This document shows positions 31,026 to 40,034 of a DNA stretch of 64,000 nucleotides, piece by piece. Where the stretch lies: assembly GCA_963796105.1 (NCBI GenBank), contig CAWCKJ010000004.1, forward strand, positions 320,001 through 384,000. The letters are read 5' to 3'. This stretch comes from a candidate division FCPU426 bacterium (GTDB taxonomy: Bacteria; Oederibacteriota; Muellerivitia; Muellerivitales; Muellerivitaceae). A program made the position numbers and the translations under genes. Within the stretch, counting starts at the first letter, position 1. Each line of letters starts with the position of its first letter. Below the pieces are notes generated by a model. The model saw nothing but the letters and a program-made list of their open reading frames with translations. It ran no database searches and was not told the DNA's origin.

Positions 31026-33408
31026 AAGTCAACTCCAAAAACTCGTTATGCAAGGTTCCCGTGTTAGGGGTTCCAACGTAGGGTACAACGTTACCGCTGG
31101 TAAAACCATAATCCGCGAAAAACCTCGTATTCCGGCTTGTCCGGATCTCGCTAGAAAGCTGGACGCTCTGGTTGGACCCATTGACACTGAATGGTTGGTA
31201 ATTTCCCAAATCGGAATTGTCGAAGAGAAAAGGATAACGGGCCAAAAAGGTTTGGTGGGAAACCCCCGAGGAATCAGTGTAAGCATAACCAGCTTCTGTT
31301 CCATTGACCGCTTGATTCCCGTAGGAGGCGGAAACATCCCACCCATTCAAAATCCCTATTTTCACCCCACCCAAAATCCAAGTATTGGTTAAGGTTCCGA
31401 TCGAACTAGTTGTTTTTTCGTATCGAACGTTGGTCCCCAGAACTAAATCCCGATCAAATCCGATGACGGGACCTAAGTTTAAAGAAGGCCCGAAATTAAC
31501 GTAAGTAAAATTCCGGACCGGAACGGGGTCAAACGCTGCGGCGTCTACCGGCACATAACCCGTACCCGCGCTGTCAACAACAAGGTTACCACTGATTTCC
31601 TGGACAAAATAGACCGAGCCCAAAATATTCAAAGCGTCTTTTTCCAGGGCCTTCAAGTCCATTTCCATTCCGCCTCCCTGCCTGTTGGGAGTGGACAATC
31701 CATAGGGAAAGGTATTGTCCTGTGTCCGATCGTAAAAACTGTAGATTTCATCTGGCCGGGGCACATCGTTGAGGAAAAACCGGCTTCGCAAGGCGGGTGT
31801 AAAGAGCTCCGGGGTCGGCAAGAAACCGGATGCTATAGGCGCAGCTGCCGAGGGAACTGAAATGTTATCCTGCCGAGTTTGTGCCATAGGTGAGTAAAAA
31901 TAAGGGCCGACATTCAGGTAGTTGAACGATACTTTTGAGCGCCCCATCCGTAAATAGGGCCCGCCCAATACAGCGTAATCTTGCGTATTCTTTGATGAAT
32001 CCATTTTATCATCCACATAGGTGACGGAAGCCCACTCCCAGACAATCCCGATGGATGTATCTCCCCCGATCCCGGCGTCAAGGGCGGGCTTGAAGCTTGA
32101 AATCCTGTACTGGTGGCCCCAGGTATCGGAGTTATAGGGGGAATAGGGTGCGCCCGGTTTGTTAGTGTTCAAGGGATCGTCCAGTAAGAGTCCATATGCG
32201 TCCAATGTTAACTGGAGGGAAGTTCCGCCACCTAGGTAACACCGTTTCAACTTGATTTCGCCGTTGGTTCCTACAACCCAACCTGTGTAATTGTCGAACC
32301 CGTAGAAAACCCCTGTCTTATTATTATCGTCAAACCCGTTCCGAATCATGTCCGCCATTAAGGAAACCTTGAACTGGTCCATAAGTTCCGAATCGGGCCA
32401 CAACAGGGCGGTGCCAATGCGAGCGCCCCGGAAAGGCCAGTCCGGCTCTTGGTTGAGGTAATTTTCATATTTATAAGTATCGTCGGCGCGCTTGTACATC
32501 TCGGGCATGTAACGAAGATCAAGGTTGTTCCTGTTCCAAAGGGTCAAAGGTGTATAGGATTCCTCAAAATCCCCCACGGTCGCGGAAAACCACGAAGGGT
32601 TGAATTCCATGGTTGCTCTGCGGAACATCAACCAATCAATGCCAGGATAGTTGTTCGACTCAAAGGCAGTTTGATACCTTAAAACCGCGTCCCAACGCAC
32701 CTGTTTGGAAACCACCCCTATGGGTTGAAAATCGAGGTAACCGAAACCTTCCCGCTCGGCCGAGCCTAAGGAAGAATAAGCCGGATCACCCCAGTATTGC
32801 CTTGAAATTCCAAAAGCTCTTCCCAACCCATGCCAAGTAATGGTGGGGTATTCTGTGATTCCCTGGAGACGCTTCCACAGGGCATATTGCGAGTTCTCCA
32901 CGGCGGCTTCGTGGTCTTCCACCGTTTTTACTTCTCCTTTTACTCGAGTAAGTTCGTATTGGTATGCCTCCTGCAAGCTATGAAGGCTTTTCAACGCCTG
33001 GGCCAACACCACCGCCTCATCCGGCGTGGGCAAAGGTGTGGGAGCTGCGGTTTTGGCGGGAACAGCCGCAACGGGGGTAGCAACGGATGGAGCAGTGGCA
33101 GGGGCGGGTGTTGTAACAATCGTATCCAAGGGAGCTGGCAAGTCCAAATCAGAATCAGCCACAACGATCTCGTTGTATTTATCCTGGGCTCTCAAAATAA
33201 GATTGACAACTTCAAAGCGCGTCAAAGGGGCAATGGCAGAACCTGACGCCAGCAAACCGGCTTGTTCCAATTGCTGGAGGCGCATATAGGTCGAGTCATT
33301 GGCCGGGACAACCGTGAATAGGCTGTCGCCTGCCAAGGCAGTACTTTTCACCTGCGCCAAGATAAAGCCCAGGAATGAAAAGAGAATGATTTTAGAAATG
33401 AGCTTCAT
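31009..33408 (-). CDS. Outer-membrane protein: SLH-like domain, Pro/Ala linker, coiled coil, beta-barrel (OmpM-like)
   Basis: Likely start MKLISKII at 33408; FTVVP...L..AGLL...LTRFEV SLH pattern; LQEAYQYELTRVKGEVKTVE coil; ends LTYEIQF. Confidence 0.7.
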   Translation of the reverse strand: MKLISKIILFSFLGFILAQVKSTALAGDSLFTVVPANDSTYMRLQQLEQAGLLASGSAIAPLTRFEVVNLILRAQDKYNEIVVADSDLDLPAPLDTIVTTPAPATAPSVATPVAAVPAKTAAPTPLPTPDEAVVLAQALKSLHSLQEAYQYELTRVKGEVKTVEDHEAAVENSQYALWKRLQGITEYPTITWHGLGRAFGISRQYWGDPAYSSLGSAEREGFGYLDFQPIGVVSKQVRWDAVLRYQTAFESNNYPGIDWLMFRRATMEFNPSWFSATVGDFEESYTPLTLWNRNNLDLRYMPEMYKRADDTYKYENYLNQEPDWPFRGARIGTALLWPDSELMDQFKVSLMADMIRNGFDDNNKTGVFYGFDNYTGWVVGTNGEIKLKRCYLGGGTSLQLTLDAYGLLLDDPLNTNKPGAPYSPYNSDTWGHQYRISSFKPALDAGIGGDTSIGIVWEWASVTYVDDKMDSSKNTQDYAVLGGPYLRMGRSKVSFNYLNVGPYFYSPMAQTRQDNISVPSAAAPIASGFLPTPELFTPALRSRFFLNDVPRPDEIYSFYDRTQDNTFPYGLSTPNRQGGGMEMDLKALEKDALNILGSVYFVQEISGNLVVDSAGTGYVPVDAAAFDPVPVRNFTYVNFGPSLNLGPVIGFDRDLVLGTNVRYEKTTSSIGTLTNTWILGGVKIGILNGWDVSASYGNQAVNGTEAGYAYTDSSGVSHQTFLARYPFLFDNSDLGNYQPFSVNGSNQSVQLSSEIRTSRNTRFFADYGFTSGNVVPYVGTPNTGTLHNEFLELTYEIQF

Positions 33409-35665
33409 ACGTAAGTCTCCAAATTTGATCCCTGCGGTCAAAAGCAGGGTTGTCGGTCCACTTGTAATTTACGAAAAACCAATCGCACCGGAGGCCGATC
33501 TTGTCGCTGATCGGATAGAGACCACCCAGCGCAATAGTGTCGCGGGTGATGTTCATGGCCTGTAAGGAGTACTGCCCCGAAGGATCCAGGTAGAAGGCGT
33601 AGGACGCCAAGGTAGGGGGGCTTCCTCCTCCCAGGACAAATTCGCTCCCGGTGGACTGGGCCTGCTCGAATGCCACAGACCAAACCATGCGGGAAATAAA
33701 ATGGACGGGAATGTTGAAATCCACGGCTCCAATCATGGTATTCACTGTGAAGGGGCTCCCCCCCATTCCAAGATCCGTGGTTTGGTGTTTGTAATCTAGC
33801 TGCAGGTCGTAGGTCTTCCCTTTCATGTCAATGGCCTTCGCGATGTCCAGAGTAAGGGCTCCCTCATAGCCTCCGAAAACACGGGCGTTTGTCATTCCGT
33901 CTACCGCTGTAACGCCGGTTCCAGCCGGGTTTAACACGTAATTGGGTTGTATTTCCTGGGCATTCAGCAAGTAGGAAGCTTGTGGTTTCAGCCATTTTTT
34001 CTCGCCGAATTCGCCCCAAAAACCGAGCACAATTCCCTTGCGGTTCGGGGACGCATCTCCATATGGAAGGAAATTCTCGGATAGACGGTCATAAGGGGCG
34101 TAATAGGGCCGGTTAACCCCTTGGAACAGGAACCCATTCAGGTAACCCGGCAAGGCGTCATCAACACCGTTCATGGTAGTGCTCCAATAACCTTGCGAAC
34201 CCGCAGCAGGGGTATAGCGGTTGGTCTGGGCCCCGGGAGAATAAAAATTCGGTCCATTGTTGATGTACTTGCCGGTGAAATGGGCCCCTTGGATATCCAA
34301 GGAAGCGTTTCCTAATATGGCCCAATCCTGAAATTCCCTCGCCGTATCATATAAGTCATCGTAATAACGGCTGACAGCTCCTTCGGCGTTTCCAATCAAA
34401 TCAGCCTTGTCGCTGAAGACAAATGAAACTGTGCCGCTAAGACTTCCGATTTGGTATTCCTTCGGAAAGGTGTCTGGGTAATACTGGTTGGGATCGGTGT
34501 TGGAGCCCAGGTAAGGGGTATTGGCTGTATTGACATCGTCAGTAAGGATCAGGCCCGTCCCCTTTACCGTCAAGAAATCATTGAATAAGCCCAAAAAACC
34601 CTGGGCGCCGCCGTAATAACTGCTGAAATTGAAACCGCCGCCATTCATCTGGGTTCCCACCATGGCCTGCAGCCCGGCGCCACTCAGGAACATCTCCTTA
34701 GGGTTGTCAAATGAGGCGGAAGCCTGGAATCCCCTCATATGCCAATCGGGCCCATGGTCGACATAAGCCAATTCTTCCGTATCCTTGCGGGTGCGGTAAA
34801 AGGAAGTGGGGTCGATAAAGGTATAAACAGGAATATTATAGTTCCATAGCGTGAGGGGGGTATAACTCTTGAAAAAGTCACCGGCTGTGAAATTCGCGAA
34901 ATCGTTGTAATCGGTCAGGGAAATCCACCTGAGTTGGTAGGCAGGCTCGAATGGATCCTGGTAATACATACCCATGGAACGCCACAGCCTCATGCGAGCG
35001 TCAAATAATACGGTGGGAATGGGGATACTTTTCAAATCCCACTCCATGAACATGGCGGCGTTATATTCCATGGCCGGATAAATCGCGTTGGTGCCGAAAC
35101 CCCGGTAATCATAGACAAAACCCCTGGAAAATCCGCCCAAATCCGTTCCCGTGCGTTTCAGATATTCTTTTTGGAGAGCGGCAAAAACCTCGTTGCGGAC
35201 CTTGGAATCCACAATTCGTTGCTCCAGCTTGTCCACGTCTACTCCCATAGCGGTTAATTCCTTCCGGAATTCCGACACCAAGTCCGTCATGCTTTTGCTA
35301 GGAAGGGTTGATTGCGGGGTAGCTGTGGAATCCATTCCCGTTAAAGGCGGAGGCGCAGCCAGGGCAGAGGGAAGTTCCGGCGGCAAGGCTGGCTCAGATG
35401 CGGAAGGAGGGGAGGGAAGATCGAGATCAGCTTGAGCCAAATACTTTTGGGAGGCTTGGGCCGTCAATTGAGCGACCTCTAGGTTTGTCAATTGGTCGAT
35501 AGGTTTGCCCGGAGTCGGGGCCAAGCCGGATGACACCAAATCATCCACGCCCAGGTTGATCCAGGAATCCCGGATGTTCGTGGCCAAACGTCCATGATCG
35601 GCCCTTGCCGGAAATGCCGGGCTCAAGAGAATTACCCCTATAAGAATTTGAAGGCTTTTTTTCAT
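33392..35665 (-). CDS. Outer-membrane protein: SLH-like domain, Pro linker, coiled coil, beta-barrel (OmpM-like)
   Basis: Likely start MKKSLQIL at 35665; W...VDDLVSSGL...LTNLEVA; LVSEFRKELTAMGVDVDKLEQRI stalk; ends LTYEAHF. Confidence 0.72.
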   Translation of the reverse strand: MKKSLQILIGVILLSPAFPARADHGRLATNIRDSWINLGVDDLVSSGLAPTPGKPIDQLTNLEVAQLTAQASQKYLAQADLDLPSPPSASEPALPPELPSALAAPPPLTGMDSTATPQSTLPSKSMTDLVSEFRKELTAMGVDVDKLEQRIVDSKVRNEVFAALQKEYLKRTGTDLGGFSRGFVYDYRGFGTNAIYPAMEYNAAMFMEWDLKSIPIPTVLFDARMRLWRSMGMYYQDPFEPAYQLRWISLTDYNDFANFTAGDFFKSYTPLTLWNYNIPVYTFIDPTSFYRTRKDTEELAYVDHGPDWHMRGFQASASFDNPKEMFLSGAGLQAMVGTQMNGGGFNFSSYYGGAQGFLGLFNDFLTVKGTGLILTDDVNTANTPYLGSNTDPNQYYPDTFPKEYQIGSLSGTVSFVFSDKADLIGNAEGAVSRYYDDLYDTAREFQDWAILGNASLDIQGAHFTGKYINNGPNFYSPGAQTNRYTPAAGSQGYWSTTMNGVDDALPGYLNGFLFQGVNRPYYAPYDRLSENFLPYGDASPNRKGIVLGFWGEFGEKKWLKPQASYLLNAQEIQPNYVLNPAGTGVTAVDGMTNARVFGGYEGALTLDIAKAIDMKGKTYDLQLDYKHQTTDLGMGGSPFTVNTMIGAVDFNIPVHFISRMVWSVAFEQAQSTGSEFVLGGGSPPTLASYAFYLDPSGQYSLQAMNITRDTIALGGLYPISDKIGLRCDWFFVNYKWTDNPAFDRRDQIWRLTYEAHF

Positions 35666-35697
35666 TTCTAGTTTATCCAAAAATCCTTTTCCGAAGA

Positions 35698-38600
35698 TTA
35701 GAACAAAAACTTAACTTTGCAAAAATACTGGTTTCCGGAATAATTGTTCGCTGGAATGTAATTGTCATGGAATTCAAGGTACTTATAACGGAATTCCAAC
35801 TTGGCCCCACCCCAAGGGATGTCATAGGCAAGCCCTAATCCATAATCGTTGGTTCGATAATCCACCTGGGGGTAGGTATATTGTGATTTCCAGGTTTCAA
35901 CTCCGATGTCACCCATCAAATCCACGTTCTTGACCACGTTAATCATGATGGAACCATCGTAGACCAACTGTTCAAAGAGGTTGGAAAAACTGGTGGAAAG
36001 GGTGTAAGGAGCCAAATTGTTGGACAAGGGCGAGTTGTTGTTAACGGGGAGATTTGTAACGGAACTGGAAGCGACACCTGAAACCTGATTATCGGTGATG
36101 AAAAAGAACCCATCCACGGGAGAGGTCAAACCAAGCCATTTATCGATTTTGAGTTTGGCGGTCAAGGTAATGTAGTTGTAGGTTTTGAGGTCGTCAATAT
36201 TGGCATACATATTGTTTCCATTTGCATATTTTGCGGGATCTTGACCCGAGGTGGCAGGAGACAAACTGTATGTTCCGCCGTTGTTATAAATGGGCAAAAT
36301 GAGCGGAATCCTCTCACTGGTCATTCTAAATTGGTAGCGTACATCATCGTTGACAATGTCCGCATCGTTTCTCATGGCTTCGATGTTGTTGATGTAGGTC
36401 TGACGCAGGGGATTCACGTTGGGCGCATAGTTTCCCCAAAGGTCCAACCCCCATAAGCCCTCGTCGTCCGGGTAGTAAAAACTAAGCAATTGGGTGGGTT
36501 CGACCTCGTAATAACCTTCCTGGCCCTGTTCGGCCACATATTCCTTCTTTTGGGACACGTCAAAGTTGATGATAAAGGTATCCAGGAAACTAGGCCAACT
36601 CTTCATCCAGGTCTGTTCCCTGCCGTCCCATCCCAAGTTGACCCGCCAACCGTATCGGTCGGTCTGAAGGTTGTCCACCTCCCCGATGGCCCCATAAACG
36701 TCCTGGAAATCGCTGGGATTGAAATAAAGGCCGTGGTGGAAGAAATTAAATCCGCTCATGGTAGCCTTGCTCATGAAGTCGGCGTAATTCTCACTGAGGC
36801 CGAAGTAATAAAGGGTCAGGGGATAAAAAGCCATGGAGGCCTGACCCGCGGGCGCCTCAACTGCGTTGGAATCATTTTGGAGTTGGCCTGATTGTACATA
36901 GGCGGGGCCGGGATAGACGCTTCCCGTATAAAAATGCGAGAACCCGCCCTCGAAATCAAACAAAACCGGGGCAAGGTTCAAATGGATGTCGGCTGAGTAA
37001 TCTTTCATGTCCAGCTGGGGCATATTGGGCAGGTTGCTGACCCCAAAATTGTCATTTACCCATTCCGCGGAAATCGAGGCCCTTAAAAGACTGCCGAACA
37101 AAGGTTGGTCAATCTTGGCCCCTTCCTCCCAACGAAGGCTTTGGCTGGTTGTTTCGCCCATACGTCCCACCAGGAACCACATCCGACCGCCCGGAGCCAG
37201 CCATGGGACAGTTCTCCCTACCGCGTAAATCCCGTCAAAAACCCGGTCGCTGGTGGATTGAACATTGCCTGCCGTGGGGGAATAACTGGGCACGTAGCTG
37301 ATGTTGCTCATGAAGTCATCCCAGTTCTTCGCGTTTTTATCATCATTGAAGCTCTTGATGTTCCAGGGGTTCTCGAACCGCTTGAGGGAATTGTTGGCAT
37401 AGCCGCGACTAAAATCGCCGTAGGTGGTGTCCGGTTGGTAGGCTTCCACAGCGAAGGTGGTGTCCCATTTACCTAAGTCCCCGTAAAGATCCAAAGTACA
37501 GCTGGGATTACCGATATAAAGGGAAACAGGTCCTGTGCCGTAGACACCCCATAAGTCATAGTTGGCGGATGCGTTGTCATAGGGCAAGATTCCGCCTACT
37601 CCGAGGGAAAGGGCTCCCTTCCCCCCCAGGTCCGAGTACATCCCGCACCAGATTTCCTCCAAAGCCTTTGAGACGCTCTCGGTGGCGATACCAGAAACGT
37701 TTAAGTTTTCAAACCGAGTGTTGATATTCGTGTTGAAATTCGGGATGCCCGCCGACCTATCCGCCTTTTTCCAAATAGCGTCCACTTCGTCCTGAACCGT
37801 TTTGAGGTTATCTAACTCGTCTTCCTGGGCTTTAATCCGGGGATCATCCAAGCTTAGCCGCGAGCGAAGAAAAACAGTTTCCAAATGAAGTTGTTTCAAA
37901 AGGTCCTCTATTTCCTTCCTTAAGGCGCCAGTAGCTTCCGGGAGGTTTACTGCGGGTGTGGGATTCGGGGTGACTATAGGCGAGGCGACAGGAGTAATGA
38001 CCGGAGAAGGAGCCGATGGGGTCGCGAGAGTTGGCGCAGGGGTGTTCGCGGGCAAAGGCAAAGAAGGTTCTGGTAAAGGCGGAGCGGTCAGGGGCGTATT
38101 TTCAGGCAAAGGAAGCGCTGGCGCAGGAAGTTCCGGAGCCGGCTGAACTGGAGCAGGGGTGTTCGCAGGCAACGGCAAAGAAGATTCTGGTAAAGGTGGG
38201 GCGGCAAGCGGTGCCTCCGGCATTGGCAAAGAAGGCTCAGGTAAAGGCGGGGCTGCCAATGGCGTGTTTTCCGGAAGTGGAAGCGCGGACGGGGGAAGTT
38301 CCGGAACCGATTGAACAGGCGCGGGCGTAACCGCAGGCAACGGCAGGGAAGACTCCGGTAAAGCCGGCGCGGCCAGAGGAGCATTTTCCGGCAAAGGCGG
38401 AGCGGCCAGGGGCGTATTCACCGATAGAGGAAGAGCCGGCGCTGGTTGTGTTGAAGCAGGCAATTCCGGAGCGGAATTGAGGGGCGGCAATTGGACAGGA
38501 GTTTCCAAAGGGGATGGCACGGGAGTTAACGGGGTCGGACTCGGCAACGCTAATTCAGGAGCTTCAATCTTAGCGGCGGCCTTCTCAGTGTAAAAAGCCA

Positions 38601-38814
38601 ACTCCAACCGGGTGACTATTTTCCCCTGATCCAAAACCGCTTGATCAGCGGGATCTAAAAGGCCTAAATCCGCGAGCTTCTTCACCCTTTGGTAAAGGAG
38701 TTGGTCGGGGCCGACATTTTCCATAGGATCAGCGTTAAGCAGGCTGACTCCGCCGTTCCAAGGAAAAAAGGTTAGTAAGGAAACAATAAAATATAATTTG
38801 AGGCGAAATTTCAA
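35698..38814 (-). CDS. Outer-membrane protein: SLH-like domain, long Pro-rich repeat, coiled coil, beta-barrel
   Basis: YQRVKKLADLGLL...VTRLELA; ~200-aa Pro-rich region; LRKEIEDLLKQL coil; ends KVKFLF. Confidence 0.68.
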   Translation of the reverse strand: MKFRLKLYFIVSLLTFFPWNGGVSLLNADPMENVGPDQLLYQRVKKLADLGLLDPADQAVLDQGKIVTRLELAFYTEKAAAKIEAPELALPSPTPLTPVPSPLETPVQLPPLNSAPELPASTQPAPALPLSVNTPLAAPPLPENAPLAAPALPESSLPLPAVTPAPVQSVPELPPSALPLPENTPLAAPPLPEPSLPMPEAPLAAPPLPESSLPLPANTPAPVQPAPELPAPALPLPENTPLTAPPLPEPSLPLPANTPAPTLATPSAPSPVITPVASPIVTPNPTPAVNLPEATGALRKEIEDLLKQLHLETVFLRSRLSLDDPRIKAQEDELDNLKTVQDEVDAIWKKADRSAGIPNFNTNINTRFENLNVSGIATESVSKALEEIWCGMYSDLGGKGALSLGVGGILPYDNASANYDLWGVYGTGPVSLYIGNPSCTLDLYGDLGKWDTTFAVEAYQPDTTYGDFSRGYANNSLKRFENPWNIKSFNDDKNAKNWDDFMSNISYVPSYSPTAGNVQSTSDRVFDGIYAVGRTVPWLAPGGRMWFLVGRMGETTSQSLRWEEGAKIDQPLFGSLLRASISAEWVNDNFGVSNLPNMPQLDMKDYSADIHLNLAPVLFDFEGGFSHFYTGSVYPGPAYVQSGQLQNDSNAVEAPAGQASMAFYPLTLYYFGLSENYADFMSKATMSGFNFFHHGLYFNPSDFQDVYGAIGEVDNLQTDRYGWRVNLGWDGREQTWMKSWPSFLDTFIINFDVSQKKEYVAEQGQEGYYEVEPTQLLSFYYPDDEGLWGLDLWGNYAPNVNPLRQTYINNIEAMRNDADIVNDDVRYQFRMTSERIPLILPIYNNGGTYSLSPATSGQDPAKYANGNNMYANIDDLKTYNYITLTAKLKIDKWLGLTSPVDGFFFITDNQVSGVASSSVTNLPVNNNSPLSNNLAPYTLSTSFSNLFEQLVYDGSIMINVVKNVDLMGDIGVETWKSQYTYPQVDYRTNDYGLGLAYDIPWGGAKLEFRYKYLEFHDNYIPANNYSGNQYFCKVKFLF
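37940..38550 (-). repeat. Intragenic Pro-rich repeats
   Basis: Recurrent PLAAPPLPE(S/P)SLPLP and PAPVQxxPELP units in the translation. Confidence 0.85.
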
Positions 38815-38822
38815 AAATCGGC

Positions 38823-38882
38823 TCCTGAAATCATTCTAACTTTTAAAACCTTTCCTGAAATCATTCTAACTTTTAAAACCTT
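38823..38882. repeat. Perfect 30-bp tandem duplication
   Basis: TCCTGAAATCATTCTAACTTTTAAAACCTT twice. Confidence 0.95.
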
Positions 38883-38895
38883 ATAGAAGGCTCTA

Positions 38896-39669
38896 TCAAA
38901 AAAACTCAACTTCATCGATCCAATAATCGATGGCATAGGTCCCTGCGGCATTATCAGCGGAATGAGCCCACTTCAAGTAAATAAATTCTTTTAAATGCTC
39001 AGTTAATTCGGGCGGAGTAACAGGCGAACCCCAACCCTGAAGCCGAGTCAAATCGGAGAAATTCAAGACATACAAGGTCCAATCGGCGATAGGTTTTAAA
39101 TTAGCGCCGTAATGGTTGTAACACGCATTTACGCAAATGCCGCCATCAGAGGAAGGAAGTGTGGGAGCCGTGGCGATATTAAACCGGCGTTTAAGAGCTT
39201 GGTCGGCTGTCGGACATTTGTAATAAAACTGGATTCCAGAGAAATTACTGGCATCGTACAGGTCTTTCCCTTTGAAATTAAATTGCAGATCAAATTCGGG
39301 ATAAGATGCGTCCCCCTTGTCCGTAAGGCTTCCATATACATGGGCCGCCATCTTGGTGCCGTTAGCGCCTCCCTTAACCACGAAATCACTATTGACCGCG
39401 TTTCCGGCCCAGGTCAAGGTGGACCATTCACCCGCTCCATCAAGATACAGTTTGGGGTTCCCGCTCTTGGATCCATTATCAAAATTGGAAATAACGGAAG
39501 CTTCCTTTGGAACGTTCACCTTAACACTGTTTTTTTCAGGGTTCGCCAAGCCGCGGGCCAAACTAGCGTTCTTTGAGCCTTCATTCACGAATACAGCCCC
39601 ACATCCAGCCAAAAGAAAAAGCCCCAGAACCCCAAATAAAGACAAAAGCTTGGACGAGGCCATAAACAT
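38896..39669 (-). CDS. Lipoprotein with CBM11/CIA30-like domain
   Basis: Lipobox LAGC; ISNFD...YDASNFSGIQF...GGIC..CYNHY...YWIDEVEFF. Confidence 0.68.
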   Translation of the reverse strand: MFMASSKLLSLFGVLGLFLLAGCGAVFVNEGSKNASLARGLANPEKNSVKVNVPKEASVISNFDNGSKSGNPKLYLDGAGEWSTLTWAGNAVNSDFVVKGGANGTKMAAHVYGSLTDKGDASYPEFDLQFNFKGKDLYDASNFSGIQFYYKCPTADQALKRRFNIATAPTLPSSDGGICVNACYNHYGANLKPIADWTLYVLNFSDLTRLQGWGSPVTPPELTEHLKEFIYLKWAHSADNAAGTYAIDYWIDEVEFF

Positions 39670-40034
39670 CCTTCACGAAAAGATGGGTAAGGAAAACGCC
39701 GGTATTTTACTAAAAAGCCCTGAAAAGCTGGAATCTTTTTTTAATAAAATTTAAAAATCAGGTGTTTTGGGAATTTATTGTTTAAAACCCTTTTCATTGG
39801 GTTTATTACCATTAAACAAGCCCAGGGTTGAATTTTACTTTTTTATTTATATTTAACGACGGGAAACAAAGCTTCAAACTCGCAAATATAGCTTCAATTC
39901 AACCAAAGTAGCGGTTCTTTAAACTCCAAATTTGAAATAAGAATGGGAGGGCATACCCTGTCCATAATTCATGAACTCTTTCAGAGTTATAAGATCTAGA
40001 GCCATGATCACTTGAATTTTCCAGTTCATTCCTT

